A stretch of DNA of 63,568 bases, counting the filler, from Reclinomonas americana ATCC 50394 (lineage: Eukaryota): NCBI GenBank assembly GCA_048213135.1. It is 5 parts of 5 records of this genome, joined end to end, with 100 filler letters (N's around TTAATTAATTAA, not from the genome) between each part and the next. Parts side by side here need not be neighbours in the genome. Positions count along the whole stretch, not along the records: positions 16,829 to 31,812 come from PS015454.1; positions 31,913 to 60,528 come from PS015455.1; 3 more parts are not named here. The stretch is one strand, 5' to 3'. A model generated the notes under the pieces. It was not told the DNA's origin, searched no databases, and saw nothing but the letters and a program-made list of their open reading frames with translations. The position numbers and the translations under genes are program-made. Numbering within the stretch: position 1 is the first letter of the stretch; each line of letters opens with the position of its first letter. Below are positions 26,649 through 39,723 of the stretch, in pieces.

Positions 26649-27109
26649 GTGCGGAAGATTATTTTGGCGCCAAACAAGTAGTTCCCGAAATTTGGCCCTA
26701 ACTCGAGAAGGAAGAAGGTCCATATTTGCTCCAGCGGTAGGGCGATTGACGCGCCACAAGAAGATATGCATCACGCGTTGAGAAGGGGCAAAGAAAAAGA
26801 ACTGTGTCACTCGGAAACGAGCGTTTCGATTCATTCCAAAATCGATTTGAACTTGGAGGTAAATATGGACCCACCCTTTGCGTCTCAGAAGAGGCATGAG
26901 GAGCAAACTCATCGAGCGCGTCTTGTTCATCGACGTTTCCCCTCCCAGTAGCTGATTAGAGAAGAGGAAACAAACAAACGTAGGCCACATCATGCAAGTT
27001 GTACGAACATGACCACACCACAGATTTTCTGACGAATCATTTTACTTGCATACGGCATCCACACCACCACTCTCTGTCTCTCTATCTGCTGTCTATCTAT
27101 TATGCGTAC

Positions 27110-29685
27110 TCAATGATGTGATGAGGCATCGACGGGTGGCATTCTTCGCTTATCCGAGTGCCCGAGCATCTCGCTCTCCAGCTCCTCCTCCAGCAGCCGC
27201 ATCTGCCGAACCAGCAGTTTGTATGCGGCCTCGTGTAGCGGAGCTGGCGATGGTGCGGACCCACCAACACCACTGCCCGCAGCAGCAGCAGCGGCGGCGG
27301 CGGCGGCGACAGAAGACGCAGACGAGGACGATGAAGGCGGCAACGGCGGCAGGAGGAGGCCGTTCAAGCCGACGCCCGACGCTGCCACTGCGGCGGCTGC
27401 CGCTGCCGTGGATCCCGAGCTGCGGTGCATGCCAAAGCCGTGCACATCGGAGAGGCTCGAGGACGCGGCAGACGAAGGCGAGGATGTCGGCGACGAGGAG
27501 GAGACGGGCGACACGCCGAGCTCGCCGCGCCCGGCGGCCAACTCTCTCTTCATGATCTCGTCGAGGTCCATGACACACTTCAGCCGCTCGATGAGACGCA
27601 GCATGCCCTGTGGATTCGTGGGCACCGGGATGCGCACAACGTCGAGCACCTCGCTGCGACCACCGGCTCCACCGGCACCGCCACCCGTGACCGACGCGGA
27701 CGGGTACGCTAATGATGAGTGTCCATGATACTGCGGCAGGTGCTCCAGCTTTCGATGCTGTGACGAGTAGTCACCGGGGCCGTCCGACTTGTACACCATG
27801 GACGGCGGCTGCGGCGGCGGCGGCCCCATTTGCGATTGCGACGGGAGCTGCTGCTGTGCCGCGACGGTAGGAGGCGGCGGCGGCGGCGGAGGCGGCGGTA
27901 ACAGCGACGCGCCGAGGTCGAGTCCATTCAGTGACCACGACTGGAAGCCTTCCGCCGACGCTGCGCCACCCGACAGTGGCGGAGGTGATGAGCCGCCCGA
28001 GAGTTTGCCCACCTGATAAGCAGGAATCGTGAGCAGAGGAGAGAGACATCGATCCCACAAGTTCGCAAACCTGGCCATCGTCCTCTGATTCCTCGGCGGC
28101 GACCAGCGACGGCGTGTCTGACACTGTGAACACGCCCACGCCCGAGTCCAGATGATGCAGCATGTGGTGGTGGTGATGGTGATGATGATGATGGTGATGC
28201 TGGTGCATGTCGGGGTCGGCATGCATCAGGCCAGCACCCGACGATTCGTCATGTTGCTGCGACGCGAAAGCGATAACAGTGAGGAGATGGAGACAGAGAG
28301 TGCGACAAGGGGCGGGAACGAGAAGCCACCTGTTGCGATTGTGGTTGCGATTGCTGTTGTTGTGATTGCTGTTGCGGTTGCTGTTGCTGTGGTTGCTGTG
28401 CACGAACAGTCCAGTGAGTTGACTACACGCACCGCACACGCATGCTGGGCACGTCGCAAAACACTTGCCGTGTATTCAAAGGCCGATGGTGTACCTCCAG
28501 GTGAAAACGACGCGCGCTTCAACGGTGGCTCAGATGCATCTGATCCCCACGACAACATGAGAATCAGTCAACATACCCTCTTTCTCTCTCTCTCTCCCGT
28601 GCCCCCTACGTGCGTGTGTGCAAGCAAGCGATAGTCACCTGGCAGCGCTCCCTCGACATTGCTGACTCTTCGCTTGCGATCACTCCGCCGCCCCGTCGCA
28701 TGATACCGTGCCAGCGCACGACTAATCACCTGCCGAAACGCGGCCTGGATGGTGGCGTCGTTGTGGCACAGTAGTCGAAGAACGTCCTGGAACATCACCA
28801 CGCGCATCTGCCGCCGAGAAAAGTACTTGTGTCGCTTGGAGTTGACTGCAACGCGACACGAGACGAATGAAACACAAATGCAACAAAGGAGCAGCAGAAA
28901 CGATCACGGCAACGCAACGAGACGGCTGGTGCACCCAGCTGAGAGGCCGATGATCCAACGCCGCCGCTCCGTAGTACTGCTCATACGCCGAGGCCAGTTG
29001 CTTCTTGGGGAAATCAAGGAACCTGCGCAGCGCATGATGAGATGAGCAATCATCCAAATGCACGGCTGACACATGCGCGCTCTCTCTCTCTCTCTTTGTG
29101 TGTGTGCGTCGCCCACACGCACCTGCAGATCTCACTCTCTGAGAAGCACAGCGCCGATTCATCGTCAGTTGAATGGCCGTACACATGCAGAGGGGCTTGC
29201 ATGCCGGGCGTCAGAGCACCGACAATCGACTGCTGCTCCCCGCCACCATCGCGTTCCTCACTCGCTGCAGGTGACTGCGGTTGCTGCTGCGGTTGCTGCT
29301 GTTGCTGTTGCTGCATGTGATGATGATGATGATGGTGTTGAAGATACATGGAGTGGTGGTGATACGCATGTGGCAATCGGTGATGCCACAGGGGATCGAC
29401 AGTGGAGGGCGCCAGCACAGTGCCGGCAACGTCCTCGGGGAGCACGTCCATCAGACACTCGAGTGTGCCGTCACCTCTGCTGCTGCCTGCGGCCGTCCCC
29501 GCCGGTGATCGCGGCGAGGCGACTGCGGCAGTAGCCGCGGCGACAGCGGGAGAGGATGAGGAGGAGGCGGCGGTGGTGACCGCGGCGGTGAGCGACGGCG
29601 GCACCAGCAGACTCAGTTGCATGTTGGGACGCGTGAGCAGCGAGAAGAGCGGAAGGCCTTGCCGCACGGCCAACGGCGCCTCCAT
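27110..29685 (-). CDS. Low-complexity (poly-His/Gln/Pro/Ala) protein, possibly regulatory
   Basis: Exons join in frame on - (e.g. HQPS|LNSKRHKYFSRRQMRVVMFQDVL via intron 28918-28846); no recognised domain. Confidence 0.5.
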
Positions 29686-29766
29686 CTCGCGCTTACAAAA
29701 GCAAACAATAAATGCAATGCTTCCGCCCCGACCGCCGATGATTGTCCGCACCCCCTCTTCACTTTC

Positions 29767-30494
29767 TTATGACGACTGCACCGGTTCATCGACCAGCCAT
29801 ACGCCGAGCTTCTTCATCATTGCGATCTTCCGGTGCCACGGTCCCATGAAATGCAGCTGTGCGGAATTGGATGAGCGTCGTTACGACTTGGTCGCCAGTC
29901 GCTGCGCGTTACAGTACTCACCACCACCACTTCCTCGCTGGGTAGATAGCCGAGATTGTCGTACACGGTGGTGTAGCCGAGCTGGTGATTCACCGAACGC
30001 AAGTCGAACCAGTCGAATGTGAGTCGGCCGAGGCGAGTGTGGTATTCGACGAGGAAGTTGGCCACGTCCTGCTCCCACCACTCCCACTCGGCGTGCAACG
30101 TATCGACAATGTGTGCGTACAGACTGAGCGTGTAGATCGACGCGCGAGCCGACCAAACGCCTCCCGACAGACAGAAACGCCGCTGGTGTTGGCGACAGGC
30201 GCGATATGACTTGTCGACGCAGCCTGGCGGGGCCACGTTGAACGACTCCCACATGCGCCGCGCCGCCGGCATCGACAGGAGCTCATTGGCTCGGCAGCCG
30301 GCGCAGCAGTCCGACTGCGCCACCAGGTCCGGAGCGTACCGCTCGCTGCTAATTGCAGGCAGCACTCGCAGGTCGTTCACCGGCAACGCATCAATGTCAA
30401 TGTAGAACGGACGGAAACCACAGCGCAGAATCATGTAGGCGTAGAGCCACTTGAGGTTGAGCGACACGTCGCCCTTGTGCAGCTCGCCGCCCAC
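29767..30494 (-). CDS. Nucleotide-diphospho-sugar transferase (GT77-like), C-terminal half
   Basis: LKWLYAYMILRCGFRPFYIDID (DxD), WWEQDVANFL, and last exon LHFMGPWHRKIAMMKKLGVW...* fit the family pattern. Confidence 0.6.
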
Positions 30495-31235
30495 CAGACC
30501 ACGACCAATGTGCCTGCATGGCGTTGTTCAGCACACACGGAGGAGGGAGGTTTANNNNNNNNNNNNNNNNNNNNNNNNNNNNNNNNNNNNNNNNNNNNNN
30601 NNNNNNNNNNNNNNNNNNNNNNNNNNNNNNNNNNNNNNNNNNNNNNNNNNNNNNNNNNNNNNNNNNNNNNNNNNNNNNNNNNNNNNNNNNNNNNNNNNNN
30701 NNNNNNNNNNNNNNNNNNNNNNNNNNNNNNNNNNNNNNNNNNNNNNNNNNNNNNNNNNNNNNNNNNNNNNNNNNNNNNNNNNNNNNNNNNNNNNNNNNNN
30801 NNNNNNNNNNNNNNNNNNNNNNNNNNNNNNNNNNNNNNNNNNNNNNNNNNNNNNNNNNNNNNNNNNNNNNNNNNNNNNNNNNNNNNNNNNNNNNNNNNNN
30901 NNNNNNNNNNNNNNNNNNNNNNNNNNNNNNNNNNNNNNNNNNNNNNNNNNNNNNNNNNNNNNNNNNNNNNNNNNNNNNNNNNNNNNNNNNNNNNNNNNNN
31001 NNNNNNNNNNNNNNNNNNNNNNNNNNNNNNNNNNNNNNNNNNNNNNNNNNNNNNNNNNNNNNNNNNNNNNNNNNNNNNNNNNNNNNNNNNNNNNNNNNNN
31101 NNNNNNNNNNNNNNNNNNNNNNNNNNNNNNNNNNNNNNNNNNNNNNNNNNNNNNNNNNNNNNNNNNNNNNNNNNNNNNNNNNNNNNNNNNNNNNNNNNNN
31201 NNNNNNNNNNNNNNNNNNNNNNNNNNNNNNNNNNN

Positions 31236-31812
31236 GGTGCTCGCTTTCCGTGCAAGTGCGCACACATTGCGAGCGACTTTGATGCACGCAGTCGGCGCAT
31301 CGCACTCCCGCCGCTGCCCAACATCTCGGGACAGGTGGAGGAGCGGTACTCTCACTCGCTTCTGCCAGAGGCGACATGTCGACAGACGGAGCAGTTCATC
31401 TGGCGCTCCCTGACGTCGACCAAGACGATAGAGGAAGTGCGCGCCGCCGTCGGCAATCCGGACGCACCGCAGCCCAAGTCGCTGTTCTTTAGCAACTTTT
31501 CAGAGCAACGCTCGACACTGCAGAATCTCGCCAAGCGTCTGCGAAGCGGGCGCCACTCGCTCACCACGGACGGTCTGGTGGTGTTCACCACGGTCACGCT
31601 GCGCGCCGGCGAGGTGGGCGACGGATGGGCGCTGCTGATCCAGAACTGGTTGCGCCACTTTGCGGCCAACCACGGCACCGACGTGTTGCCGCTGATCATT
31701 TGCACCGACAAGACCACCTACAATCGAGTCGTGGAGCTGGCCGGCGGCAACAAGCACGTGGCGATGCTGGAGGGAACCGGATGGTGCGCTCAATGTCCGC
31801 GTCGCCACGACG
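31236..31812 (+). CDS. Probable N-terminal half of the same glycosyltransferase, on an oppositely oriented contig
   Basis: LVVFTTV...WALLIQNWLRHF...LPLIICTDKTTY resembles the N-terminal motif of nucleotide-diphospho-sugar transferases; contig is bounded by N gaps. Confidence 0.55.
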
Positions 31813-32179
31813 NNNNNNNNNNNNNNNNNNNNNNNNNNNNNNNNNNNNNNNNNNNNTTAATTAATTAANNNNNNNNNNNNNNNNNNNNNNNNNNNNNNNN
31901 NNNNNNNNNNNNTGACAGAACCATCGACATGTCCACAACACAGCTGCGTGTACAAACAACAAAGGCAAACGGCCACACCTTGTCTCGACTCCTACCTCTC
32001 CCTCCCGTCTCTCCCTCCGTTTCTCACTCACGCAATCTCTGTGCATCTGGTTCGAACAAACGAGACAGACAACTCGACCTTGAAACGCTGATGCCCCGAG
32101 ACAAGCAGCCATCGTCGTCCCTCGACTCTCTTCTCTCCATCTCCCTCCCTTCTCTCTCGCAAGACAGCGCTACCTCTCA

Positions 32180-32480
32180 ATCAACTGCATGCGCGTTCAA
32201 CGAGGCGAACGCGCGCCACTTGACTCGCCTTCTCTCCACTCTCCTTGTACTCCCCGTCAATCAACGACATGCGCGTGCAACGAAGGCGAAAGCAAGTCGC
32301 TTGAGTCGCCTTCTCTCCCCCACGCTCTTCCCTTCTACTCCCATTAAATCAACTGCTTGTGCGTGCAACGAGGCGGACGCTAGTCGCCTTTCTCTCCCAC
32401 TCTCCTCCCTTCATCTCCCATCAATCAACTGCATGAGCGTGCAAGGAAGGCGACGCAAGTCGCGTGAGTCACCATCTCTT
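32180..32480 (+). repeat. Diverged ~80-bp tandem repeat, 4 units
   Basis: Unit core TCAACTGCATGCGCGTGCAACGAGGCG...AGTCGCCTTCTCTCC recurs near 32181, 32261, 32349 and 32425. Confidence 0.75.
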
Positions 32481-32925
32481 CCCCAATCTCTTCCCTTCCC
32501 CCTTGCCTCAGTCCCCCTCTCACCTGCCTGCGCTCCCCTGGCCGCGCGCACCAGCGGCACACACTCAGCCAAAAACGCCTGCAAATGCTGCTCCTCGACC
32601 AGTCGCCTCTCCTCACGCTCCTGCCGCTCCCGCCGATCGGCAGCGCTCTCACGATGCCGCTTGCTCGCCGTCACCGACACGTGTTTGACGCGCAGCAACG
32701 ACTTGGCTACACTCGTGCAAATGTTGATGGCGGGTTGGGGTTGATTGGGGCCCTCCTGAGAGAGTGGCGAAGGAGATGGGAGTGAGTGGGCATGCGGTGT
32801 GAGTCGATTCACAAGAGTGCTCTTTCTGTTGCACCCTATGTGCCGTCTTCCCTCTCTCACTATGGAGATTGAGCAGTCCCACAAGGGGGAGTGAGTGCAT
32901 TCTTTGTCCGTCTTCCCTCCCTTCA

Positions 32926-32956
<31 letters not shown>

Positions 32957-33374
32957 TCTTTTCTTCCTTGTAGTTTCTCTCACGCCCCTTCTCTCACTTG
33001 GTCGCCAAACGTGCGTAGCGGTTGGCACTGGGCAGCCTCGTAGGAAACAATGATAGATAGATGATGCATTCTCTTCCTTCTTCCTTGTCTTCTCTCTCAT
33101 TGACCTCGCCCGCAAGTTGCCGTAGGGATTGAGCAGACCAGTAAGGATATGCTTTCCCCTTCTGTCTCCCTCTTTCTTGCCTTCTCTCTCTCTCTCTCTC
33201 TCACTCTCTCTCTCTCTCTCTCTCTNNNNNNNNNNNNNNNNNNNNNNNNNNNNNNNNNNNNNNNNNNNNNNNNNNNNNNNNNNNNNNNNNNNNNNNNNNN
33301 NNNNNNNNNNNNNNNNNNNNNNNNNNNNNNNNNNNNNNNNNNNNNNNNNNNNNNTCTCGTCCTCCTTCTTCTCT

Positions 33375-33430
<56 letters not shown>

Positions 33431-34147
33431 CTTCCTTCCCTCCTTGTCGCGTCTCTCATGCCCTTTCTCTCCCTTGGTCACAGACCGCGCCTGCAGGTAG
33501 TCCGACAAGGGAAAGACTGTCAAAGACAGCTTTGTGTGTCCCTTCCACCCCCCTTCCCTCCCTCTCCCCGACTCACTCAACTTCTCCTGCAGGCGGCGGT
33601 GGCGGATTGAGCAACCCCATGACCATATGCAAGGCCTCCCAGTCCGTGACCAGCGCAGCCTCTCGCTTGACACTGCACAAACACAAGGAGACACAGAGAG
33701 AGAGTAAAAGGCGAGAATTAGCACAGAAGACTATGACCACAGCGCAAGGAGGGAGAGAGAGAGAGAGAGAGTGAGGAAGGGAGAGAAAAGAAACATACAC
33801 ACATACACACACACACACTCACATACACACGCTCTCTCTCTCTCTCTCTCTCTGTCTTGCTTCCAAAGGGAGAGCAGAGAGAAACAGAGAGAACAGTACA
33901 AAGGCCGACAACTCTCACTCACGCTCACACACACCTCCACAGAGAGAAAGAATGAGCTCAGAACAAGGACTTAGGCGCACAACACACACCCACACTCTCT
34001 CCCTCTCACACACACCTCCACAGAGAGAGAGAAACAATGAGCACAGAACAAACGACTGCACATACTCCCTCTCTCCCTCCCTCTCTCTCTCTCACCACAC
34101 TCTCTCCTCTCTCACACACCTCCACGACGACAGACCGACGTACGAAC

Positions 34148-34182
<35 letters not shown>

Positions 34183-34834
34183 CGAGAGAGACGACGAGGA
34201 CGACGACGAGGAGAGGAGAGAGANNNNNNNNNNNNNNNNNNNNNNNNNNNNNNNNNNNNNNNNNNNNNNNNNNNNNNNNNNNNNNNNNNNNNNNNNNNNN
34301 NNNNNNNNNNNNNNNNNNNNNNNNNNNNNNNNNNNNNNNNNNNNNNNNNNNNNNNNNNNNNNNNNNNNNNNNNNNNNNNNNNNNNNNNNNNNNNNNNNNN
34401 NNNNNNNNNNNNNNNNNNNNNNNNNNNNNNNNNNNNNNNNNNNNNNNNNNNNNNNNNNNNNNNNNNNNNNNNNNNNNNNNNNNNNNNNNNNNNNNNNNNN
34501 NNNNNNNNNNNNNNNNNNNNNNNNNNNNNNNNNNNNNNNNNNNNNNNNNNNNNNNNNNNNNNNNNNNNNNNNNNNNNNNNNNNNNNNNNNNNNNNNNNNN
34601 NNNNNNNNNNNNNNNNNNNNNNNNNNNNNNNNNNNNNNNNNNNNNNNNNNNNNNNNNNNNNNNNNNNNNNNNNNNNNNNNNNNNNNNNNNNNNNNNNNNN
34701 NNNNNNNNNNNNNNNNNNNNNNNNNNNNNNNNNNNNNNNNNNNNNNNNACGACACTACGACGCGCGACACACACCTCTCTCTCCTCCTCCTCTCCTCCTC
34801 CTCCTCTTTCTCTCCTCTCTCTCTCTCTCTCTCT

Positions 34835-34878
<44 letters not shown>

Positions 34879-34997
34879 CCGTCTTCCCTCGCGCTCACAT
34901 CTCCATATCGCAGCAATCGGTTCATCGGCGTTCTCTTCACCTTCGTTGCGTCGTTCCCCTCTCTTCTTCTTCTCTTTACGAGCGAGAGTTGTGAATT

Positions 34998-37900
34998 ATG
35001 CGGCTTCTGAGTCCCACTGACCTCGAGCGGCTTCAGCGATGGTCATACTCGGTCGACGACAGGAGTGTGACCACACAAATGTTCCGCTCTTGTCTCTCTC
35101 ACACACACACACACTCACACTAACTCTCTCTCTCTCTCTCTCTCTTCCTCACACTCACATGTTACGCGCAGTTACTCTCCACTGTGGAACTGGGCAGTGC
35201 AGCTGCTGCCAAAGCACCTCGCACCCAACGTGTTGCGTTTCACACAAACACACATACATTAACTCACACTCTCTTTCTCTCTCAGTCGCTCACTTTTCTC
35301 TCCCTCTCTCTCACACACACACACACACACGCACACTCGCTCACTCACATAGACCCACAGAAAGACACATACTTGTAAACAACAACTTCTCAATTCAGCT
35401 CTTACTTCCCTCCCCTCTTCTCCCCCCTTCTCCCCTCTTCTCTCCCCTTCTCCCTCCCACTCTCTCCCCTGTCTTTTTTCTGTGCAGTGTGTGTGATTTT
35501 CTCCGCGGTATAACTCACTCTTATGTTGATTGCATTCGTACATACAGTGTTACTCTGGCCGGCTTCCTCATGTGTCTGTTTGCGGGATACGTATCGATTC
35601 CGTCGGCGGCGACCGCGGGAAGTGCGTGGCCGCCGCTGGTGGCTGCCATTTGCATCTTTGTGTATCAGCATTTGGATGCACTCGACGGGTGAGGATGCCC
35701 TGGGTTTTTGATTGTGTTGGTGGCTGGGAGGCGCAGCGTTGCTTGTGCTTTTGTGTGCTGTGGCTGGCAGGTCTCTTGTTGTCTGTCGCATCGATAGTCT
35801 TGCATGCCGTCGATTCTCTCGTCTTGGCGGCTGATATCTCCCTTTTGTTGAAGTTGTCCTTTTGCCTCGTCCGCAGAGTCGCGTAGAAAAGCGTCCAAGT
35901 CGGTGCATACTTGTCTTTCCAGTCACTCGGAACTGTTTCCAACCTCGTACCATCTGCTTCGTCAATCTCTCTCTCTCTCTCTCTCTCCGCTCTTTCTTCT
36001 CTCGCGTTGAGAAGACGTGCGCACTCTTCTCTGTCTGTTTCTTTTTGCCTCGTGGAATTCGCGTTTAAGTTCGCTGTGCGCTTGCTTTCGTTGCATTAAT
36101 TCGAGACGATCTCTCTCTCCCTTGCTCTTTCTCTCTCTCTCTCTCTCTTTCTCTCTCCTCCCCCCTCTCTCTCTCGTCGACGTCCCTCTTTCGTTCTGTG
36201 CTTGCCGTACTCAGCCTCGACTACTCTTGTGTTTCTCCTCCTTTCCCTCCTTTGTGTACCTGTGTATGCCTTCCATCTCGTTCTCGTTGTTTTATCTCGC
36301 TCATCCACCCGCCTGCGCAGAAAACACGCGAGGAGAACGCACTCATCATCCCCAGTCGGCGAGCTGTACGATCATGTTTCGTGCTGGCCCACCGTCATTC
36401 CCACCACCAACACCCCCTGTTGATCACTCGCTCTATCTCTACCTGTACCGTCGCAGGTATCTGACGCCCTCGGCCTCGCCGGTTGCATCTTTTCCGGTTT
36501 CTGGTGCACGGGCATGCGAGAAGGTGTGTGTTTTTCACTGTCTGTGTGTCTGTGGACTCCTCCTCTCTCTCACACACACGTGCGTGTCGCCCACAGTCGC
36601 CATTCTGCGCTTGCTCATGTTTGGCGGAGCGTGCATTTTCTTGCAAGCGCACACCGCCGGTCAGTCATTCCTTCAGTCACCCTTCTCTTCTGCTGCGCTC
36701 CCCTTCCCACCCCCTGCCGTGCACCACACAGCACTCCACAAGGGCGTGACGGCGTTTGGGCGGTTCAGTGGACCCGGCGAAATGCTCTTCTTCCTGCAGC
36801 TGCTGCTCGTGTTGCGGTCCCTCGACATCTTTCTCGGCACCAACATCATTCCGGCCGTTGTCGTGCCCCTGGTGGAGACGCCCGCCGGCAAGACAACCAT
36901 GCTACACACCATTACAGACTGGGCGGTATGTGCACGTGTGAGTGGGAGGTGTATTTTTGTCACCGTCGCTGACGTGGAGCATGTGCAGCTGGTGCTCGCT
37001 GTTGTGTTCTGTGCGGGACGCTTGGCCCTTGACGTCCTAGGCGCCGAGTACAGCACGGTGAGTTGCATGTGCCGTCTCTGCATCCCCGTCGGCTTGCTGA
37101 CCATCGATCACCCTGGCAGCGATTCGGCTTCTCGGCATGCCTACTCATGGCATGCTGGAAGTGGCGGTCCGTATTTATCCCTGGCGTGTGGCGACATCGC
37201 GCTCTGGAGCCTGCACACGACGCCTCCAACCTGCTTGACGTTACGTTGTTGCCTCGCTGACGAGCTTGCGGGTATTGCAAGACTGACATTCGGTCTGCAG
37301 TTGCTGGCCATTGGTGGCTTCTTCTCGGTGCTGACATGTGAGGCCATTGTGTGCAAGATGGCAAGGTGGGTCTTCCCTCTCACTCTTTCTCTCTCTCTGC
37401 GCGCACTCGCTTCACTGCTTCGCGTATTCGCCTCACTCTCTTTCAGTCGCCGTCAATCACAATCTCGTTGCACACGCTCACTTGTTGTCTTTTTCTTTGT
37501 CTCCTTCGCCGTGTTTCCTAAACTCACCTCACTCGCTCGTCGTCACTTGTCTCACTCGCTCTCTTCTTCCCCCTCTCGCTTTCATCGCCTCGTGTCTTCT
37601 CCATGTTCTCTCGCTTCGTGCGCTCACAGTCTCTCACCTCGATTTCTCGCTGTCCCCCGCTTCACTCTTTCTCCCTCTGATCTGTTGCCTCATGTCTTCA
37701 CCATCGTTCTCCACTCCTTCGCCCGTTAATTTTCTCTCTGTTACTCACTCGCTGCCATTTTCTTCAAGGACTCGCTGTCTGTTGCCAACCCTCTCGTTGG
37801 TTTTGTCTCACTCGTTCACTCGCTGCTCGTCCGCTTTCTCTCGCCTCACATGCTCACTTCTTAATTCTCTTCCACTCCTCATATCTCTTCTCTCTTCCAT

Positions 37901-38765
37901 TCTCCTCTCCCCTTACTCCCTCTTCGCTTCATCTCTTTGCCCCATCCCACAGACCTCGACCATTCCACCCACTGGTGGTCGCCGTCTCCTTCGTCACCAT
38001 GTTCCGCTTCGGTCTCGGCGACGGTTGCGTGCATTTCCCCCGTTGTTCGCTTCCCTTTTTTCCACCGCATTCAACTCGCAGCACTTGGCAGGCCTGCTGG
38101 ACTTGGTCTTCACCGTGTTCTACGTCGTCAAATTGGTGCGAAGCAAACACCTCTCGCTCGCGCTCTTCTCTCTCGCTAACTTCTCTCTCTCTCTCTCTCC
38201 TGTAGTTCGACGAAGGCTGCCACGGCCTCGGCATTCCCATGTATGGCCTCGTGTGCCGCGTCTACTGCGAAGGCGTGTACGACTTGACGCACATGGGCCA
38301 CGGTGCGTCTTCCTCTCCTCCTCCTCCCTTCAGTTTAATCACCGCCTAACCCTCGCGATTGCCACCACTCCAGCCAATCAAATGAAGGCCGCCCGCAGCC
38401 TGGTACCGACCGGCCAATACTGCCACCTGGTAGTGGGCGTGCTCTCCGACGACGACGCCACGCGCATCAAGCAGCGGCCCGTCGTGCTGCCGCTGGAGCA
38501 ACGAGTGGAGAACGTGCGCGCTTTCCGCTTCGCCGACGAAGTGATCCCCGCCGTGCCCAGCGAGGTGCTCTCAGCCGAGTTCCTCGACACGCACCACATC
38601 GACATGGTCGTGCACTCTCCCGAGTACGGCCAAGCACGGTACGCAGTGGCGCACGAGCGCGGCCTTGCGAAATTGCTGCCGGAAACCGACGGTATCTCCA
38701 CCACTGCCATTATCGATCTCGTGCGCGGTCATCCCGAAGTCCTGCGCCTCAGGAGCACCACCTAA
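34998..38765 (+). CDS. Fusion of CDP-alcohol (choline/ethanolamine-type) phosphotransferase and C-terminal HxGH cytidylyltransferase, paralogue 1
   Basis: MRLLSPTDLERLQRWSYSVDDRS..., [39 protein letters not shown]; then RVYCEGVYDLTHMGH, LVVGVLSD, EQRVENVRAFRFADEVI, ETDGISTT; all joined in one frame. Confidence 0.85.
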
Positions 38766-38793
38766 AAAATATCCAACTGCGTGCACGCGCTCC

Positions 38794-38837
<44 letters not shown>

Positions 38838-38938
38838 CAGAAAAATCACTGTGTTTCTCTACTATCGATTCGTTAAATTTGTAGCAATTGATCGGCAGTC
38901 GCTTGTTCGCTGGGTTTCTGGTTGCACACAGGCTACAG

Positions 38939-39247
38939 CAGCTGTCTTGATGACCAACTACAACCATATCCAAAATGCATCAACACAAACACCATATGGC
39001 CATATCTTGAGGACAGCGGCAGGTTTCTTGTGTTTATTCGCTCTCGGAGCTTCGAACATGTACAAGTCGCAGCAACAACAACAACTTACTAATCCAAACA
39101 GCAACACGGCTGCATGATGATCATTATCTTGAGTAAGTATCTGAAACTGAGACATCACGAATAAAAGCGAGAAAAATCGAGATGGCAACGCAGCGCTGGC
39201 GTTTCTATCGTACACGGCACATCGAATTCGGAAAAGGTCAGAGCCGG
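38939..39247 (+). repeat. Dispersed intergenic repeat, copy A
   Basis: Collinear blocks shared with the reverse complement of 61386-61622 (CAGCTGTCnTGATGACCAA, CATCAACACAAACACCA, CTCTCGGAGCT, ACACGGCACATCGAATTCGG). Confidence 0.8.
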
Positions 39248-39723
39248 ATCCGGATCTACGGAGAAAGCAACAACAGTGGAGGCCAGTCCTTGTTGGTGCT
39301 GGACCACTTTAAAATACATCAACGCGACCAGCCGAGCGTTTCTGCGTTGCATTTTGCTCCATTGCTTCGTGCATACGCAGTCCAATTCTGGAGGTTTCTG
39401 CAGAGAAGTGCGTCAAGAATGAATGCACACAAAAGGCTTCACGCACATTTGTCGCATCCTGCCCAACCGCACTGTTTCCTGTGCTGCAGACCGCATACGC
39501 ACAGCGTCGGATCCCCTTCACTTGCAATTGCAGCGATTCTGATTCCGAACACGTAGAAAAATGCTGCTTATAGCTTCACATCTTTCGTGAACAGCTTCGC
39601 CGTTCATGGTTGCACTAGGCCATCCAGACATTGGCTGCTTGCCTAATTATGAACGAAGTTGCAATCGGTTCATCCGCTGCGGATCTGTCGACCGTTACCA
39701 GCTTCTCAATTTCTCCGCAAAGC

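Noticed and set aside
32180..32480. CRISPR-like repeat-spacer pattern
   Set aside because: Units are long and diverged, spacers are low-complexity, the context is eukaryotic and there are no cas genes.
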